A DNA stretch of 64,000 bases from Eledone cirrhosa (taxonomy: Eukaryota), in assembly GCA_964016885.1 (NCBI GenBank), contig OZ024755.1, forward strand, positions 7,192,001-7,256,000. The letters run 5' to 3'. The notes below the pieces were generated by a model. That model was not told where the DNA came from, did no database searches, and saw nothing but the letters and a program-made list of their open reading frames with translations. Below are positions 14,021-32,163 of this stretch, one piece after another. Position 1 is the stretch's first letter. Each line of letters opens with the position of its first letter. Made by a program: the position numbers and the translations under genes.

Positions 14021-14037
14021 TATATATTATATATGTA

Positions 14038-14103
<66 letters not shown>

Positions 14104-14181
14104 TAATATATGTGTACGAAGAAGTTAGACTCTAGTATTGTGGGAAGGAATTTATATATATATATATGCTTGTGTGTGTGC

Positions 14182-14229
<48 letters not shown>

Positions 14230-14688
14230 CACATCTACTTTGTTCTTATTATATATATACATATATATAACTTCCTTCCCACAATACTAGAGTCTAACTT
14301 CTTCGTACACATATATTATATATTTTATCATATATTTTATTATATATTTTTGTCAGTGTTGAACAAATGAGCGACGATGGTTGCTAACCACTGTACGGCT
14401 TAATTCGGGATGTTTGTGTACAAATACACTGAGCATTATAATAAATGCTCGGTGAATCCATACGTACATATATATATATGTGTGCATGTATGTATATATA
14501 TATATATATACATACAACTGTACGTCTGTATGCATATATGTATGTACGTGTACATACTTATATTTAAGTAACAGCCGTACTAAGAGTGGGAAATGAAATT
14601 TCGTTTCGTTTTTTCCGTTTATATATATATATAAAATATATAATATATGTGTACGAAGAAGTTAGACTCTAGTATTGAGGGAAGAAAG

Positions 14689-14751
<63 letters not shown>

Positions 14752-15424
14752 TGTGTATGTGTGTGTGCGCACGTGTGTGTGTGTGTAACACCTCTACTTT
14801 GTTCTTATTATATATATACATATATATATAACCTCCTTCCCACAATACTAGAGTCTAACTTCTTCGTACTCATATATTATATATTTTATATATTATATAT
14901 GTATATATATAAGGGCAGTGGATTAGCAGTATCGGTAGAGGATGGGACGCCATGCTCTGAAGCATAGAATTGCGTCCCTTTATGATCTGAGTTCAAATCT
15001 CGCCGAGGTTAAATTTGCCTCTCATCCTTACGGGGTCGTTAAAATAAAATACCAGTAATGTACTGGGTTATTGCTGGCCTTGTGCCAAAAGTAGAAACAA
15101 TTATATATTATATATGTATGTATATATAATATATATATATAGAAAATATATAATATATGTGTACGAAGAAGTTAGACTCTAATATTGAGGGAAGGAAGTT
15201 ATATATATATATCTATATGCGTGTGTGTGTGTGTGTGTGTAAAACACTTCTACTTTGTTCTTATTATATAAAGTACCAGTAATGCACTGGGTAATTTCTG
15301 GGCTTGTGCCTTACGTAGAAACAATTATATATATCCATATATATAACTTCCTTCCCACAATATTAGAGTCTAACTTCTTCGTACAATTATATATTATATA
15401 TGTAAATATATATATATATATATT

Positions 15425-17052
15425 GGGATTTAATGCTCTGAAATAGCGATATATATGTGAAGACAAACATAGAATATTCGAAAATATTCTGTATGTTTAT
15501 AATAAACATTTTGAAGACCCAATCGCTATAGAATAGAATACGTCACGTATTACAATTTGAGATTCTCTATAAAAGCAAGGGAAGTAATCTACGCGTTTCA
15601 TTCTTGTTAGAAATCATCAGGATTACATATCCAATGCTTTTATCGAGAACGACACAGCTAGAGACTTATAGAATACTTAGCTGTGTACATGAACTGGTTT
15701 GAAAGAGCGGTAGCCGGTCCGGCAGAAATTAGAATTTGGATTTAATGCTCTGAAATAGCGATATATATGTGAAGACAAACATAGAATATTCGAAAATATT
15801 CTGTATGTTTATAATAAACATTTTGAAGACCCAATCGCTATAGAATAGAATACGTCACGTATTACAATTTGAGATTCTCGATAAAAGCAAGGGAAGAAAT
15901 CTACGCGTTTCATTCTTGTTAGAAATCATCAGGATTACATATCCAGTGCTTTTATCGAGAACGACACAGCTAGAGACTTATAGAATACTTAGCTGTGTAC
16001 ATGAACTGGTTTGAAAGAGCGGTAGCCGGTCCGGCAGAAATTAGAATTTGGATTTAATGCTCTGAAATAGCGATATATATGTGAAGACAAACATAGAATA
16101 TTCGAAAATATTCTGTATGTTTATAATAAACATTTTGAAGACCCAATCGCTATAGAATAGAATACGTCACGTATTACAATTTGAGATTCTCGATAAAAGC
16201 AAGGAAAGTAATCTACGCGTTTCATTCTTGTTAGAAATCATCAGGATTACATATCCAATGCTTTTATCGAGAACGACACAGCTAGAGACTTATAGAATAC
16301 TTAGCTGTGTACATGAACTGGTTTGAAAGAGCGGTAGCCGGTCCGGCAGAAATTAGAATTTGGATTTAATGCTCTTCAAAATGTTTATTATAAACATACA
16401 GAATATTTTCGAATATTCTATGTTTGTCTTCACATATATATCGCTATTTCAGAGCATTAAATCCAAATTCTAATTTCTGCCGGACCGGCTACCGCTCTTT
16501 CAAACCAGTTCATGTACACAGCTAAGTATTCTATAAGTCTCTAGCTGTGTCGTTCTCGATAAAAGCATTGGATATGTAATCCTGATGATTTCTAACAAGA
16601 ATGAAACGCGTAGTTTACTTCCCTTGCTTTTATTGAGAATCTCAAATTGTAATACGTGACGTATTCTATTCTATAGCGATTGGGTCTTCAAAATGTTTAT
16701 TATAAACATACAGAATATTTTCGAATATTCTATGTTTGTCTTCACATATATATCGCTATTTCAGAGCATTAAATCCAAATTCTAATTTCTGCCGGACCGG
16801 CTACCGCTCTCTCAAACCAGTTCATGTACACAGCTAAGTATTCTATAAGTCTCTAGCTGTGTCGTTCTCGATAAAAGCATTGGATATGTAATCCTGATGA
16901 TTTCTAACAAGAATGAAACGCGTAGATTACGTCCCTTGCTTTTATCGAGAATCTCAAATTGTAATACGTGACGTATTCTATTCTATAGCGATTGGGTCTT
17001 CAAAATGTTTATTATAAACATACAGAATATTTTCGAATATTCTATGTTTGTC

Positions 17053-17056
<4 letters not shown>
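15425..17056. mobile_element. Family A retrozyme-like array, second copy (HHRs: minus 15584-15626, 15896-15938, 16208-16250; plus 16576-16618, 16888-16930)
   Basis: Same layout as 9357-10988, offset 6068 bp. The 15896 copy has a stem I substitution (gaaatc on plus). Confidence 0.9.
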
Positions 17057-17088
<32 letters not shown>

Positions 17089-17278
17089 TAAAAAGAAAAG
17101 AAAATGCTGACAAATTGTTCCCAGTGAAAAATAGTTTAATTAGGAATAAGTAAAAATTAGTAATAAGTATTGGTTAGTATTCAGCTCTGGTTTTAATTTT
17201 TACCGGTTGCGCATTTCTAATGCTTTTCAAAAATAATTTTGAGATAGAGCGCCCGTGATGTTTGCTCTAATCTAATAT

Positions 17279-17385
<107 letters not shown>

Positions 17386-17495
17386 TGTTTTCATCTTTGT
17401 CTCTCTCAATTTTCACTTTCACCTGTTTTTCCTATCTATCTTTCACTTCCTACCTCGAAATTTCCCTCTGCATTGTTGTGGCTTTCTTAAAAACG

Positions 17496-17563
<68 letters not shown>

Positions 17564-17568
<5 letters not shown>

Positions 17569-18455
17569 ATGTATACGTACATACATATATATATATATAC
17601 GGACGTACAGTAGTATGTATATATATATACATACATGCACACATATATATATGTACGTATGGATTCACCGAACATTTATTATAATGCTCGGTGTGTTTGT
17701 AAACAAACATCCCGAATTAAGCCGTACAGTTGCTAGCAAACATCGTTTCTCATTTGTTCAACACTGACAAAGGAACGCTGTACTAGTTTCAAGCTTATTA
17801 GCTGTCGTCAGCAACGTATACCTTTCTGCCAGATGATTGAACGTCTGAAAGTATATACTTTCCTTATGCCTATTAACGGCTGAGCAGCTCAATTTGCATA
17901 TCGAGTGAGTTAATCGGCTGGGGTACCGAAAAGGATAAACAGAAAAAATGAAACGAAATTTCATTTCTCACTCTTAGTACGGCTGTTACTTAAATATAAG
18001 TATGTATACGTACATACATATATGTATACAGACGTACAGTAGTATGTATATATATATATACATACATGCACACATATATATATCTACGTATGGATTCACT
18101 GAACATTTATTATAATGCTCGGTGTGTTTGTAAACAAATATCCCGGATCAAGCCGATAGCTAGTAAGCTTGAAACTAGTACAGCGTTCCTTTGTCAGTGT
18201 TGAACAAATGAGCAACGATTGTTGCTAGCCACTGTACGACTTAATTCGGGATGTTTGTTTACAAACACACCGAGCATTATAATAAATGTTCGGTGAATCC
18301 ATACGTACATATATATATGTGTGCATGTATGTATATATATATATACATACTACTGTACGTCTGTATGCATATATGTATGTACGTGTACATACTTATATTT
18401 AAGTAACAGCCATACTAAGAGTGGGAAATGAAATTTCGTTTCATTTTTTCCTTTT
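17564..18455. mobile_element. Family B HHR retroelement, third copy (intact HHR on minus, 17775-17817)
   Basis: Near-identical to 11502-12390. Confidence 0.8.
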
Positions 18456-18548
18456 ATATATATATATATAAAATATATAATATATGTGTACGAAGAAGTT
18501 AGACTCTAGTTTTGAGGGATGGAAGTTATATATATATATATATATTTG

Positions 18549-18615
<67 letters not shown>

Positions 18616-18797
18616 CACTTCCACTTTGTTATTATTATATATATACATATATATAACCTCCTTCCCACAATACTAGAGTCTAACTTCTTCGTACACATAT
18701 ATTATATATTTTATATACATGTATGTACGTATACATACTTATATTTATGTAACAGCCGTACTAAAAGGGAGAAACGAAATTTCGTTTCATTTTTTCT

Positions 18798-18859
<62 letters not shown>

Positions 18860-19474
18860 TAATATGTGTACGAAGGAGTTAGACTCTAGTATTGTGGAAA
18901 GGAAGTTATATATATATATATGTATATGTACATGCGTGTGTGTGCGTGTGTGTGTAACACCTACTTTGTTCTTATTATATATATACATATATATAACCTC
19001 CTTCGCACAATACTAGAGTCTAACTTCTTCGTACACATATATTATATATTTTATATATTATATATGTATATATATAAGGGCAGTATATTGGCAGTATCGG
19101 ACGCCATGCTTTGAATCATAGAGTTGCGTACCTTTATGATCTGAGTTCAAATCTTGCCGAGGTTAATTTTGCCTTTCATCCTTACAGGGTCGATAAAATA
19201 AAGTACCAGTAATGTACTGAGTAATTTGCTGGCCTTCTGCCAAAAGGAGAAACAATTATATATCATATATGTATATATATATATGTTGGTAAAAGAAAAG
19301 ACAATGCTGACAAAATGTTCCCAGTTAAAAGTAGTTTAATTAGGAATAAGTAAAAATAAGTAGTAATAAATATTGGTTAGTATTCAGTTTTGGTTTTAAG
19401 TTTTTACCGGTTGCGCATTTGTAATGCTTTTCAAAAATAATTTTGAAATAGAGCGGCAGTGATGTTTGCTATAA

Positions 19475-19540
<66 letters not shown>

Positions 19541-19647
19541 GTATATATATATATATATATATAATATATGTGTACTAAGAAGTTAGATTCTAGTATTGTG
19601 GGAAGGAAGTTATATATATATATATATATGTATATGCGTGTGTGTGT

Positions 19648-19681
<34 letters not shown>

Positions 19682-20008
19682 CACCTCTACTTTGTTCTTA
19701 TTATATATATACATATATATAACTTCCTTCCCACGATACTAGAGTCTAACTTCTTCGTACACATATATTTTATATATTATATATGTATATATATAAGGGC
19801 AGTGGATTGGCAGTATCGGTAGAGGATCGGACGCCATGCTCTGAAGCATAGAGTTGCGTCCCTTTATGATCTGAGTTCAAATCTCGCCGAGGTTAACTTT
19901 GCCTCTCATCCTTACGGGGTCGATAAAATAAAGTACCAGTAATGTACTGGGTAATTGCTGGCCTTGTGCTAAAAGTAGAAACAATTATATATTATATATG
20001 TATATATG

Positions 20009-20055
<47 letters not shown>

Positions 20056-20972
20056 AAATATATAATATATGTGTACGAAGAAGTTAGACTCTAGTATTGT
20101 GGGAAGGAATTTATATATATATATATGCGTGTGTGTGTGCGTGTGTGTGTGTGTGTGTTTGTGTGTGTGTAACACCTCTACTTTGTTCTTATTATATATA
20201 TACATATATATAACTTCCTTCTCACAATACTGGAGTCTAACTTCTTCGTACACATATATTATATATTTTACATATAAAATAAGAACAAAGTAGAGGTGTT
20301 ACACACACGCACACACACACACACATACACATACAACAGACACATACACATACACACATACACATACACACACATATATATATATATAACTTCCTTCCCA
20401 CAATACTAGCGTCTAACTTCTTTGTACACATATATTATATAATTTATATATTATATATATATGTATATATATAAGGGCGGTGGATTGGCAGAGTCGGTAG
20501 AGAGTCGTACGCCATGCTTTGAAGCATAGTTGCGTCCCTTTATGATCTGATTTCATATCTCGCCGAGTTTAACTTTGCCTTTCATCCTTACGGGGTCGAT
20601 AGAATAAAGAACGAGTAATGTACTGGGTAATTGCTGGCCTTGTGCCAAAAGTAGAAACAATTATATATCATATATGTGTATATATATATATGTTGGTAAA
20701 AGGAAAAGAAAATGCTGACAAATTGCTACCAGTGAAAAATATTTTAATTAAGAATAAGTAAAAATTAGTAATAAGTATTGGTTGGTATTCTATTTTGGTT
20801 TTAAGTTTCTACCGGTTGCGTATTTGTAATGCTTTTCAAAAATAATTTTGAGATAGAGCGCCCGTGATGTTTGTTCTCATCTAATATATATATATAAAAA
20901 AAATATTTAATATATGTGTACGAAGAAGTTAGACTCTAGTATTGTGGGAAGGAAGCTATAAATATATGTATA

Positions 20973-21012
<40 letters not shown>

Positions 21013-21355
21013 TGTGTGTGTGTAAAACACCTCTACTTTGTTATTATATATATACATATATATAATTTCCTTCCCAAAATACTAGAGTCTAACTTCTTCG
21101 TACACATATATTATATATTTTATATATTATATATGTATATATATAAGGGCAGTGGAATGACAGTATCGTCAGTATCCGACCCTCTGGTCGGACGCCATGC
21201 TTTGAAGCATAGAGTTCCGTCCCTTTATAATCTGAGTTCAAATCTCGCCGAGGTTAACTTTGCCTTTCATCCTTGCGGGGTCGATAAAATGAAGTACCAG
21301 TAATGTACTGAGTAATTGCTGGCCTTGTGCTAAAAGTAGAAACAATTATATATTA

Positions 21356-21431
<76 letters not shown>

Positions 21432-22894
21432 GTGTACGAAGAAGTTAGACTCTAGTATTGTGGGAAGGAAGTTATATATATATATATATATATGCGTGTC
21501 TGTATGCGTGTGTGTGTGTTTCACCTCTACTTTGTTCTTATTATATATATACATATATATAACTTCCTTCCCACAATACTAGAGTCGAACTTCTTCGTAC
21601 ACATATAATATATATTTTATATACATATATATAAATATATATAATATATATATATATATATAATTTTTTCTACTTTCGGTACAAGGCCAGCAATTAACCA
21701 ATACAATACTGGTACTTTATTTTATCGACCCCGTAAGGATGAAAGGCAAAGTTAACCTCGGCGGGATTTGAACTCAGACCATAAAGCGCCATAACTCTTT
21801 GCTGCAAAGAATGGCGTCCGAAGCTCTACCGATACTATATAATAAGAACAAAGTAGAGATGTTACACACATAAATTCTTACCCACACATAAATTCCTACG
21901 CACACATAAATTCCTACCCACAATACTAGACTCTAACTTCTTCGAACTCCCTTTTCTAATTTAATCTATTTACTCATACGATTCACCATCCCTTTGCCGT
22001 ATATAGCATGGCCGCCGTTCTAATGGCTAAAATTATCAGTGAAATAATATATGTACCTTTGCTAGCAGGGAAGACAGACCATAAATGCATATACATGAAA
22101 TCTTCCACCCCGATTATATGATTCAAATTTGATACAAATATGTTCATACAGAATGATTCATAAGTAACCGAGACGACCATTTATATTCGAAATGATGATA
22201 TTTTCTGAACTTCTTCTCATACAGTACGATATTATAAATACATCAAATAAAAGTATTTACAAAAATATAATTAAAGTAAGTTTTCGAAAAGATGACACCG
22301 TTCCTCAATATAATTTATTAAACGGATGTTTAAAAAGTTATCTCTGTCTTACAATAAAAATGCATTGACTACCCAGTTACATATAACTCACCATATTTTG
22401 ACGCATAGAGTTACGGTCCTTGCCATTCTGAGATCAAATCCCGCCGAGGTTAACTTTGCCTTTCATCCTTACGGGGTCGATAAAATAAAGTACCAGTAAT
22501 GCACTGGGTAATTGCTTGCCTTGTGCCAAAAGTAGAAACAATTATTTATTCAAAGTAATCCAACTTATTTTACTAACTGGATTAAAATGATATAAACCGT
22601 ACGCAGTCCCGCACTCCTTACTTTATTATAGTTTAGATTAAAAAATTGGAATTAACCCCACCCCCAAAGAAAACTTCAGAAATAAATACCAGAAAATGGG
22701 TCATATACAATGACGTCATTATTGTATATTTCAATGTCGGCTTTGACAGCGGAGATCGGTAGTGTTTAGCAAGCTATCATATTAAGGGAAGACATAGTTT
22801 CCTTCTTAACTCCTGAACAGATATATATTTCTCACAGATACCAATAATTCTGACGGTATGACGTTATTGATGAAGGATGTGTCTCTCTGTGTGT

Positions 22895-22967
<73 letters not shown>

Positions 22968-23126
22968 ATATGTATAAAGAGAGAGAGAAAGAGGGAGAGA
23001 AAGCTAGAGGGAGAGAGAGAGAACTAGAGATAGATAGATATATTGAGAGAGGGATATATAGAGAGATAGAGAGAGAGAGAGAGAGCTAGAGAGATATATA
23101 GATTGATATCTCTCTCTCCCTCTGTG

Positions 23127-23206
<80 letters not shown>

Positions 23207-23457
23207 AGGGAGGGGTGTGTCTTGTCACAGCTTTACACCAACCATAATATAACCGCCCTGCCTGTTTTCCTCCCCCTTTCCTCACATTTTTGCTTTCCTC
23301 CCCGTCTTCTGTTTTCACTTCCTCCCACTACCCACTTTACCATTTTCAATGTCGATAATCGTGTCTTATATTGTCATCATAGTCACCATCGCCATCATCA
23401 TCATTTGTGCCCTCGTTGTCATTCGAACCCTCATATATATATATATGTGTATATATA

Positions 23458-23536
<79 letters not shown>

Positions 23537-23654
23537 GTATATAAATATATATATACGATATATTAACAAATGGAAACTATATTTATAAAACCATATTTAT
23601 TTCATTATACATATTTCAAGGACACCAAGTTAAATATATTATATATATATGTAT

Positions 23655-25670
<2,016 letters not shown>

Positions 25671-25921
25671 GTAGAAGGGTTACCGTAGTGGAGATTTAAT
25701 CCCAATATTTCGGGCTCACGCCCATCAACGGGGGAAAGTTCCAAAGGGGGGGGGGGGACAGGCTAAGCCGGAGAAAGTTGTATTGTCGTATATATATATA
25801 TATATATATATTTATATTATGGTGTGCTTTAATCAGATAAAATATAATATAGATCAGTTTTATAAATAAATATTGAAATACCCTTAAAAATTGCGACCAT
25901 TTCTGTTGGAAGCTCCCAGTA

Positions 25922-25963
<42 letters not shown>

Positions 25964-26041
25964 CATATATATACATATACGTATATATATATATATATAC
26001 ACACACATCTTTTTACCTGGACTTTTTCGACGGAATTACTT

Positions 26042-26155
<114 letters not shown>

Positions 26156-26320
26156 TATACACACACACATATATATATATACACATATATATATATACAC
26201 ATATATATATACACACACACACATATATATATATACACACACATATATATATATGTGTTTGAGTATGTATATATATATGTATGTATGTATGTATATATAT
26301 ATATATATATTATATGTGGG

Positions 26321-26384
<64 letters not shown>

Positions 26385-26485
26385 CTTATATTTAAGTTTA
26401 TCCCGAGTTCATACGGGGGGAACCACAGTAATGTCTTCAATACATGATTTCTCCTGAATGAAACAGTTCTAGCCCTGTAGAAGCC

Positions 26486-26559
<74 letters not shown>

Positions 26560-27082
26560 ACGTGGAGCGGTATTGGCTTGAATACATTACATGTTTAGAA
26601 TTATTTTTCACCCGAACCGCATGCGGCCCGTTTGGCTTTTTGAATATGGCCTAATTTCACAATTACCTTGAATATTTTAATAGTGCAGCCCTCTTATGAT
26701 GAGCCACATCCTATGCAACCCCCTGCTCGAAAACGGTTGGCTATCTCTGATGTAGAGGCTCCCTCGTTGGATTGTCCTAAGAATAGTATGTTGCTTTGCT
26801 AACCGGAAATTGAAGTTCATATAAAGTGTAACGTTTCTTATGTAGTTTCACGTAATTAGTTCTCTAATTATATTTGTAACTATCTGTAATTAAGCTAATT
26901 TAAAGATAATCTGGTATTTAAAAACAAGATAACAAACTGGATTATAATAGATTAGTGGTAATTACTGTAAATTTTATTGATGGGTCTAATCAGGGCAGTT
27001 ACAGTCTACCGAGGAATTTCTCACTTTTTATTATGCACACATACATATATACATACATACACACATACGTACATACACACAC

Positions 27083-27134
<52 letters not shown>

Positions 27135-27335
27135 CGATTCCCGAACCGGGTGATGCGTTATGTCCTTGAGCAAGACACTTTATTTCACGTTATCGCTTCT
27201 ACTTGTTGCGACCGATAGATAGTATTAGCAATTGGAAAGACCAATAGAAAGATTGTAACCTCTGTCCGATTTGACGAAAGTCGATCGACTGACGATATAT
27301 ATATATGCTTGTATATATATACGCATATACATGTT

Positions 27336-27377
<42 letters not shown>

Positions 27378-27387
27378 AATATATATA

Positions 27388-27470
<83 letters not shown>

Positions 27471-27483
27471 ATTACCATTACAA

Positions 27484-27570
27484 GGGGTCTGACGTGCCGC
27501 AGATTACAGAGTCGGGTCGGATCGATAAAGATCGAACCTTGAGATGATCAGTGGTGAAACGCGCGTCACC
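27484..27570 (+). ncRNA. Hammerhead relic with long stem II
   Basis: ggt-CTGACGT-gccgc…gtggt-GAAAC-gcgc-GTC-acc (A9 changed to U). Followed by AATAAA; the island is flanked by (TA)n. Confidence 0.55.
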
Positions 27571-27622
27571 AACCAATAAATGTAAGGAAGGAGTAACCAA
27601 TAATCGTCCTTGTTATTTTATT

Positions 27623-27658
<36 letters not shown>

Positions 27659-27853
27659 GTATATTATACTTATATTATACGTATATTATTGACGAGAAAA
27701 AATAATACTCAATACCGAAGTAAACTTTAAAGATTATTTTTATGGCTAATTTTTGTCTGTGGTTTCACCTTGGCATGATGATCCTGTAACAAGACTCACC
27801 GCTTAGCCATAATATATATATACATATTTATATATATTTTATATATATATTTG

Positions 27854-27885
<32 letters not shown>

Positions 27886-27973
27886 CATATTTATATATAT
27901 ACATACATATTTAGATATATATTTATATATATATATATATTTATATATATATTTATATATATATATATACATA

Positions 27974-28031
<58 letters not shown>

Positions 28032-28282
28032 AAAAGAGTCAGGACCTCGACGACTGAGTTCTGGCCGTTTCGTTTTCCCAATAACATATCCAGTTATTGA
28101 CGCCCTGGGGTGAAGTGGTATCTTGTCTTTAAAGCGTAGAAATATCCGAGACCCCCAGTAGACAACTGATGAGGACAACTCCCCCCCCCCCGGTTATTGC
28201 TTTCTGCGTATTCCCACTCCATTTTAAGTTACCTTAAATACCAACTACACAGCCATTTCTATTCTCCATATATTTTATATTT

Positions 28283-28346
<64 letters not shown>

Positions 28347-28989
28347 ATGTATAAGATTTTTCCTTCAAACAAAACTCATCAGAATTTCCGGAAACGTTAA
28401 GGAAATGATACACCATATTTACTCTAAACTTTTCTAACATGTTATAGTCGCGTGTTTCCGTCCATGTATACATGAAAGTATCTGTACGCCTGTTTGTCTG
28501 TGTGAATAAAAAGCGTGAATGGTTTGACATCGATATTATTAAAGTAAATTGCTTTACCTCCATCCCACAATCAAACAATCAGCGACATTTCCCTCATTAT
28601 CGATCTTATACAAGTCACAGTAAATCATTTATTTCTAGTTTATGACCTTTATGTAGTAGATTAACGCGGAAACAGGATGTAGCACTTCACATCAGCCTCA
28701 CTTTGATTTAACCGCCATTTTAGACAGTCATAATTTTGTCTTTTTCCGGGCGATCGTCACACCTCATTTAACAGTATGATAAATATAACAACAACAATAT
28801 TACAATAATAATAATAACAAATAAGGAGAATGGTGTGAGCGAGAACTGTGGTATCAACAACAACAGTTAAATGCAATAGGATGTTTGGTTTTCTCAAACT
28901 ATGACATGAAAACTATTAGAGATGAACAAATATTTATATTGATTCAGCTTTATCGAAATACTAATGTATATATGTATGCAGTCTCTCTC

Positions 28990-29055
<66 letters not shown>

Positions 29056-29067
29056 ATCCTTCTCTTT

Positions 29068-29121
<54 letters not shown>

Positions 29122-30249
29122 GAAAAGTATAGAAATTATTGTAGCAAGAAGCAAACAGTATTCCATAATATATAAGTGACTATAGCGTCAAAATGGAAAA
29201 AATAGTTAACGTAAGATGTGGGAAAATAATTCAAACTCAATTCAAAAAGAATCAGGATATAGATTCATCCACAGAATTTGGTGAAATCCAGGGAAAAATC
29301 AATAGAGCCTTGACTCATGATAAAATAAAGTTTAAAATACTCATCCTTCAAATTTGGAAAAACTACAAATGCTCTGTATAGTCTTAAAGACTATTTCACG
29401 AAACTTTCAGTGGGGATGGCCACGGTTGGAATCGGTCATCAGCAGAGCTTAAAGACACGATAACCAAAGAAGCTTTCATATATATATATGAAAGCTTCTA
29501 GACTTACCTAAAAAAAGACAGGTACTCTATTTGATCTGCTTCAGACTTCTAAGCTCCTCTTGATAGATGCGACACAATATTATGGAATTGATATTTTATA
29601 TTTTAATTCTGCTCAGTGCACCCCGCCCCTCATCCTTCGGGGTAACGCTTTCGCAATCCTGTCTGTCGGGACTATGAGTCAGAGGACATGAAAATGAAAA
29701 TTGCAGCTCACACCTTATAAGCTTTAGCTAGTTTTCTATGGGCGCCAACACATAGGTTTCCCGTGTGTTTTAATGATAGTGGTCGAAGTATTATCATGAT
29801 AAGTAACATGAAATGAAATAATTTGTTCATGAACACAACGTGTTTCCAGGTCCAGGAATCGAACCTACGACCTTATGATCCTCCCCAACACCTCCTCTCA
29901 ACTGTTGCCCCTCCGTTAGTGCAGTCCTGCATTTCACCACACATAAGGGTAGCTTAAATGGTAGGAATAAAGAGGTGGGAGTAAATAAGCTGTGAGGAGG
30001 CACTTTCAATGTCCCGGAGGCGAGAAAGTAATCTGGTGTAGGGTTCGTCCTGGAATTACTCTCAAGTGCAGTCCCTTTCCAAATATATTTTAAAATTTCT
30101 ATTATTGTTATATCTACGGTTTCCTCTTCGTTCATGACTTCTTTCCTTTACTTGATGTAAGGCCCATTCTGTGTTGTGTTTGTCCTTGTATTGTCTTCAC
30201 AGTCTTAGGCTCCTGTGGTCAATAAAAGAAATCATTATTATTATTATTA

Positions 30250-30667
30250 GGGGGCGGTGAATTGGCAGTATCGGTAGAGGGTCGGACGTCATGCTTTCCA
30301 GCATAGTTACGTCCCTTTACGATCTGAGTTCAAATCCCACCGAGGTTGACTTTGCCTTTCATCCTTACGGGGTCGATAAAATAAAGTACCAGTAATGCAC
30401 TGGATAATTTTCTGGCCTTGTGCCAAAAAGTAGAAACAATTATTATTATTATTAGGATTGGAAGTATCGGTAGAGCGTCGGACAACATGCTTTGCGACAT
30501 ATAGTTATGATTCTTTATGTTCTGTGTTCAAATCCCGCCGAGGTTAGCTTTGCCTTTCATCCGTGCGGGGTCGAAAAATAAAGTACTAGTAATGCACTGA
30601 GGTCAATTTAATCGACTTTTTCCCTCTCCCCACAAAACTGTTGGCCTTGTGCCTAAACTAGAATCCA
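30250..30667 (+). mobile_element. Two tandem tRNA-derived SINEs
   Basis: A/B boxes and conserved body at 30250-30440 and ~30455-30667, with (TTA)n tails. Confidence 0.85.
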
Positions 30668-30972
30668 TTATTATCCTTATTACTATTATTGTTATTATCA
30701 ATAGATGAACCAACGCAACCCCAAGAATACTGGAAATGGTTCTAAGAAAATGAAATGATTAAAATATGGCTATTGATTAAATAAATGGCAAAAAGAGACA
30801 AGAAAGACAACGGCATGAATTGGTCGGTCTTCACAACATCACATCTAAGCAGTGTTCATTGGAGTGAGGAATTATTGAATCCCCCAAAGAAGTATCAAAA
30901 GATATTTTGATTTTAGACGAGTTTTACACACACACACACACACACACAGACACACACACAGACACACACTCA

Positions 30973-31104
<132 letters not shown>

Positions 31105-31161
31105 CTCTCTCTCTTTCTGTCTCTCTCTCAGACATACACACACATTCTCACACAAACTCTC

Positions 31162-31219
<58 letters not shown>

Positions 31220-31921
31220 TCTCTCACACACACACACGCTCACACACACACACACACATCTTTATATATTTATAGAATTGAGTTATGGTGGTCTGATTTA
31301 AACACCAACATAAATTTCTTCTTTGATTCACCGTTTGATGTTGTTGCTATTACTATTGTTGATATTCGTTTGTATATTCAAAGGAGAATTATTATCATTA
31401 TTATTATTATTACTATTATTATTATTATTATTATTAGTATTATTTATAAACAGATATCTGGTGTAGTGATTGTCTAACTCTGTATTCTATTTTTATCGAC
31501 ACGCACTAGTGTGTGTTTATGTATGTGTATTCGCACATACAAAAACACACACACATATGTATATACCTATATAATATATACACACACATATATATACAAG
31601 ATGATATATTCGTGTGTTATACAGGTTCTTACAAAGATTGCTACATTACGAATAGGTGTAACCATGATGCGCCCAGTCAAGCGTGAGGTTGGGCAACAAA
31701 GAGAACCTCCATATCAGACGAGAGTTTACAATGCCGAGTCGAAAACAAACAAACGTAGAGATAAATGCCAAGAGTTCTATGAACTGAAAATGGTAAAGCA
31801 ACAGAGGAGCGGCGCTAAAAAAGGTGGAAGAGGGGGTGGACTATATTTATAGATATATTTCAAGTAGCGAAAGACTGGTTCTATAAAGAACTGGGATATA
31901 CAAATCGACTATATATCTTTT

Positions 31922-31970
<49 letters not shown>

Positions 31971-32105
31971 ATCCTGTAAAAATAAATTATATATATATAT
32001 ATGATTTATTTTTACAGGATCCTTATTTGTCAAAACATGAATATATAAACCATTATATATATATATATATATATATATTTCATCATTTTTGTGGGTACTA
32101 TGCTA

Positions 32106-32163
<58 letters not shown>

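Noticed and set aside
21983-22180. 65-aa non-repetitive ORF
   Set aside because: No recognisable motif or splice context.
30250-30345. SINE heads as tRNA genes
   Set aside because: A and B boxes are present, but there is no cloverleaf and they continue into the SINE body.
31713-31765. cagacgag…tcgaaaac HHR-like spacing
   Set aside because: Core and stems are too degenerate to support.
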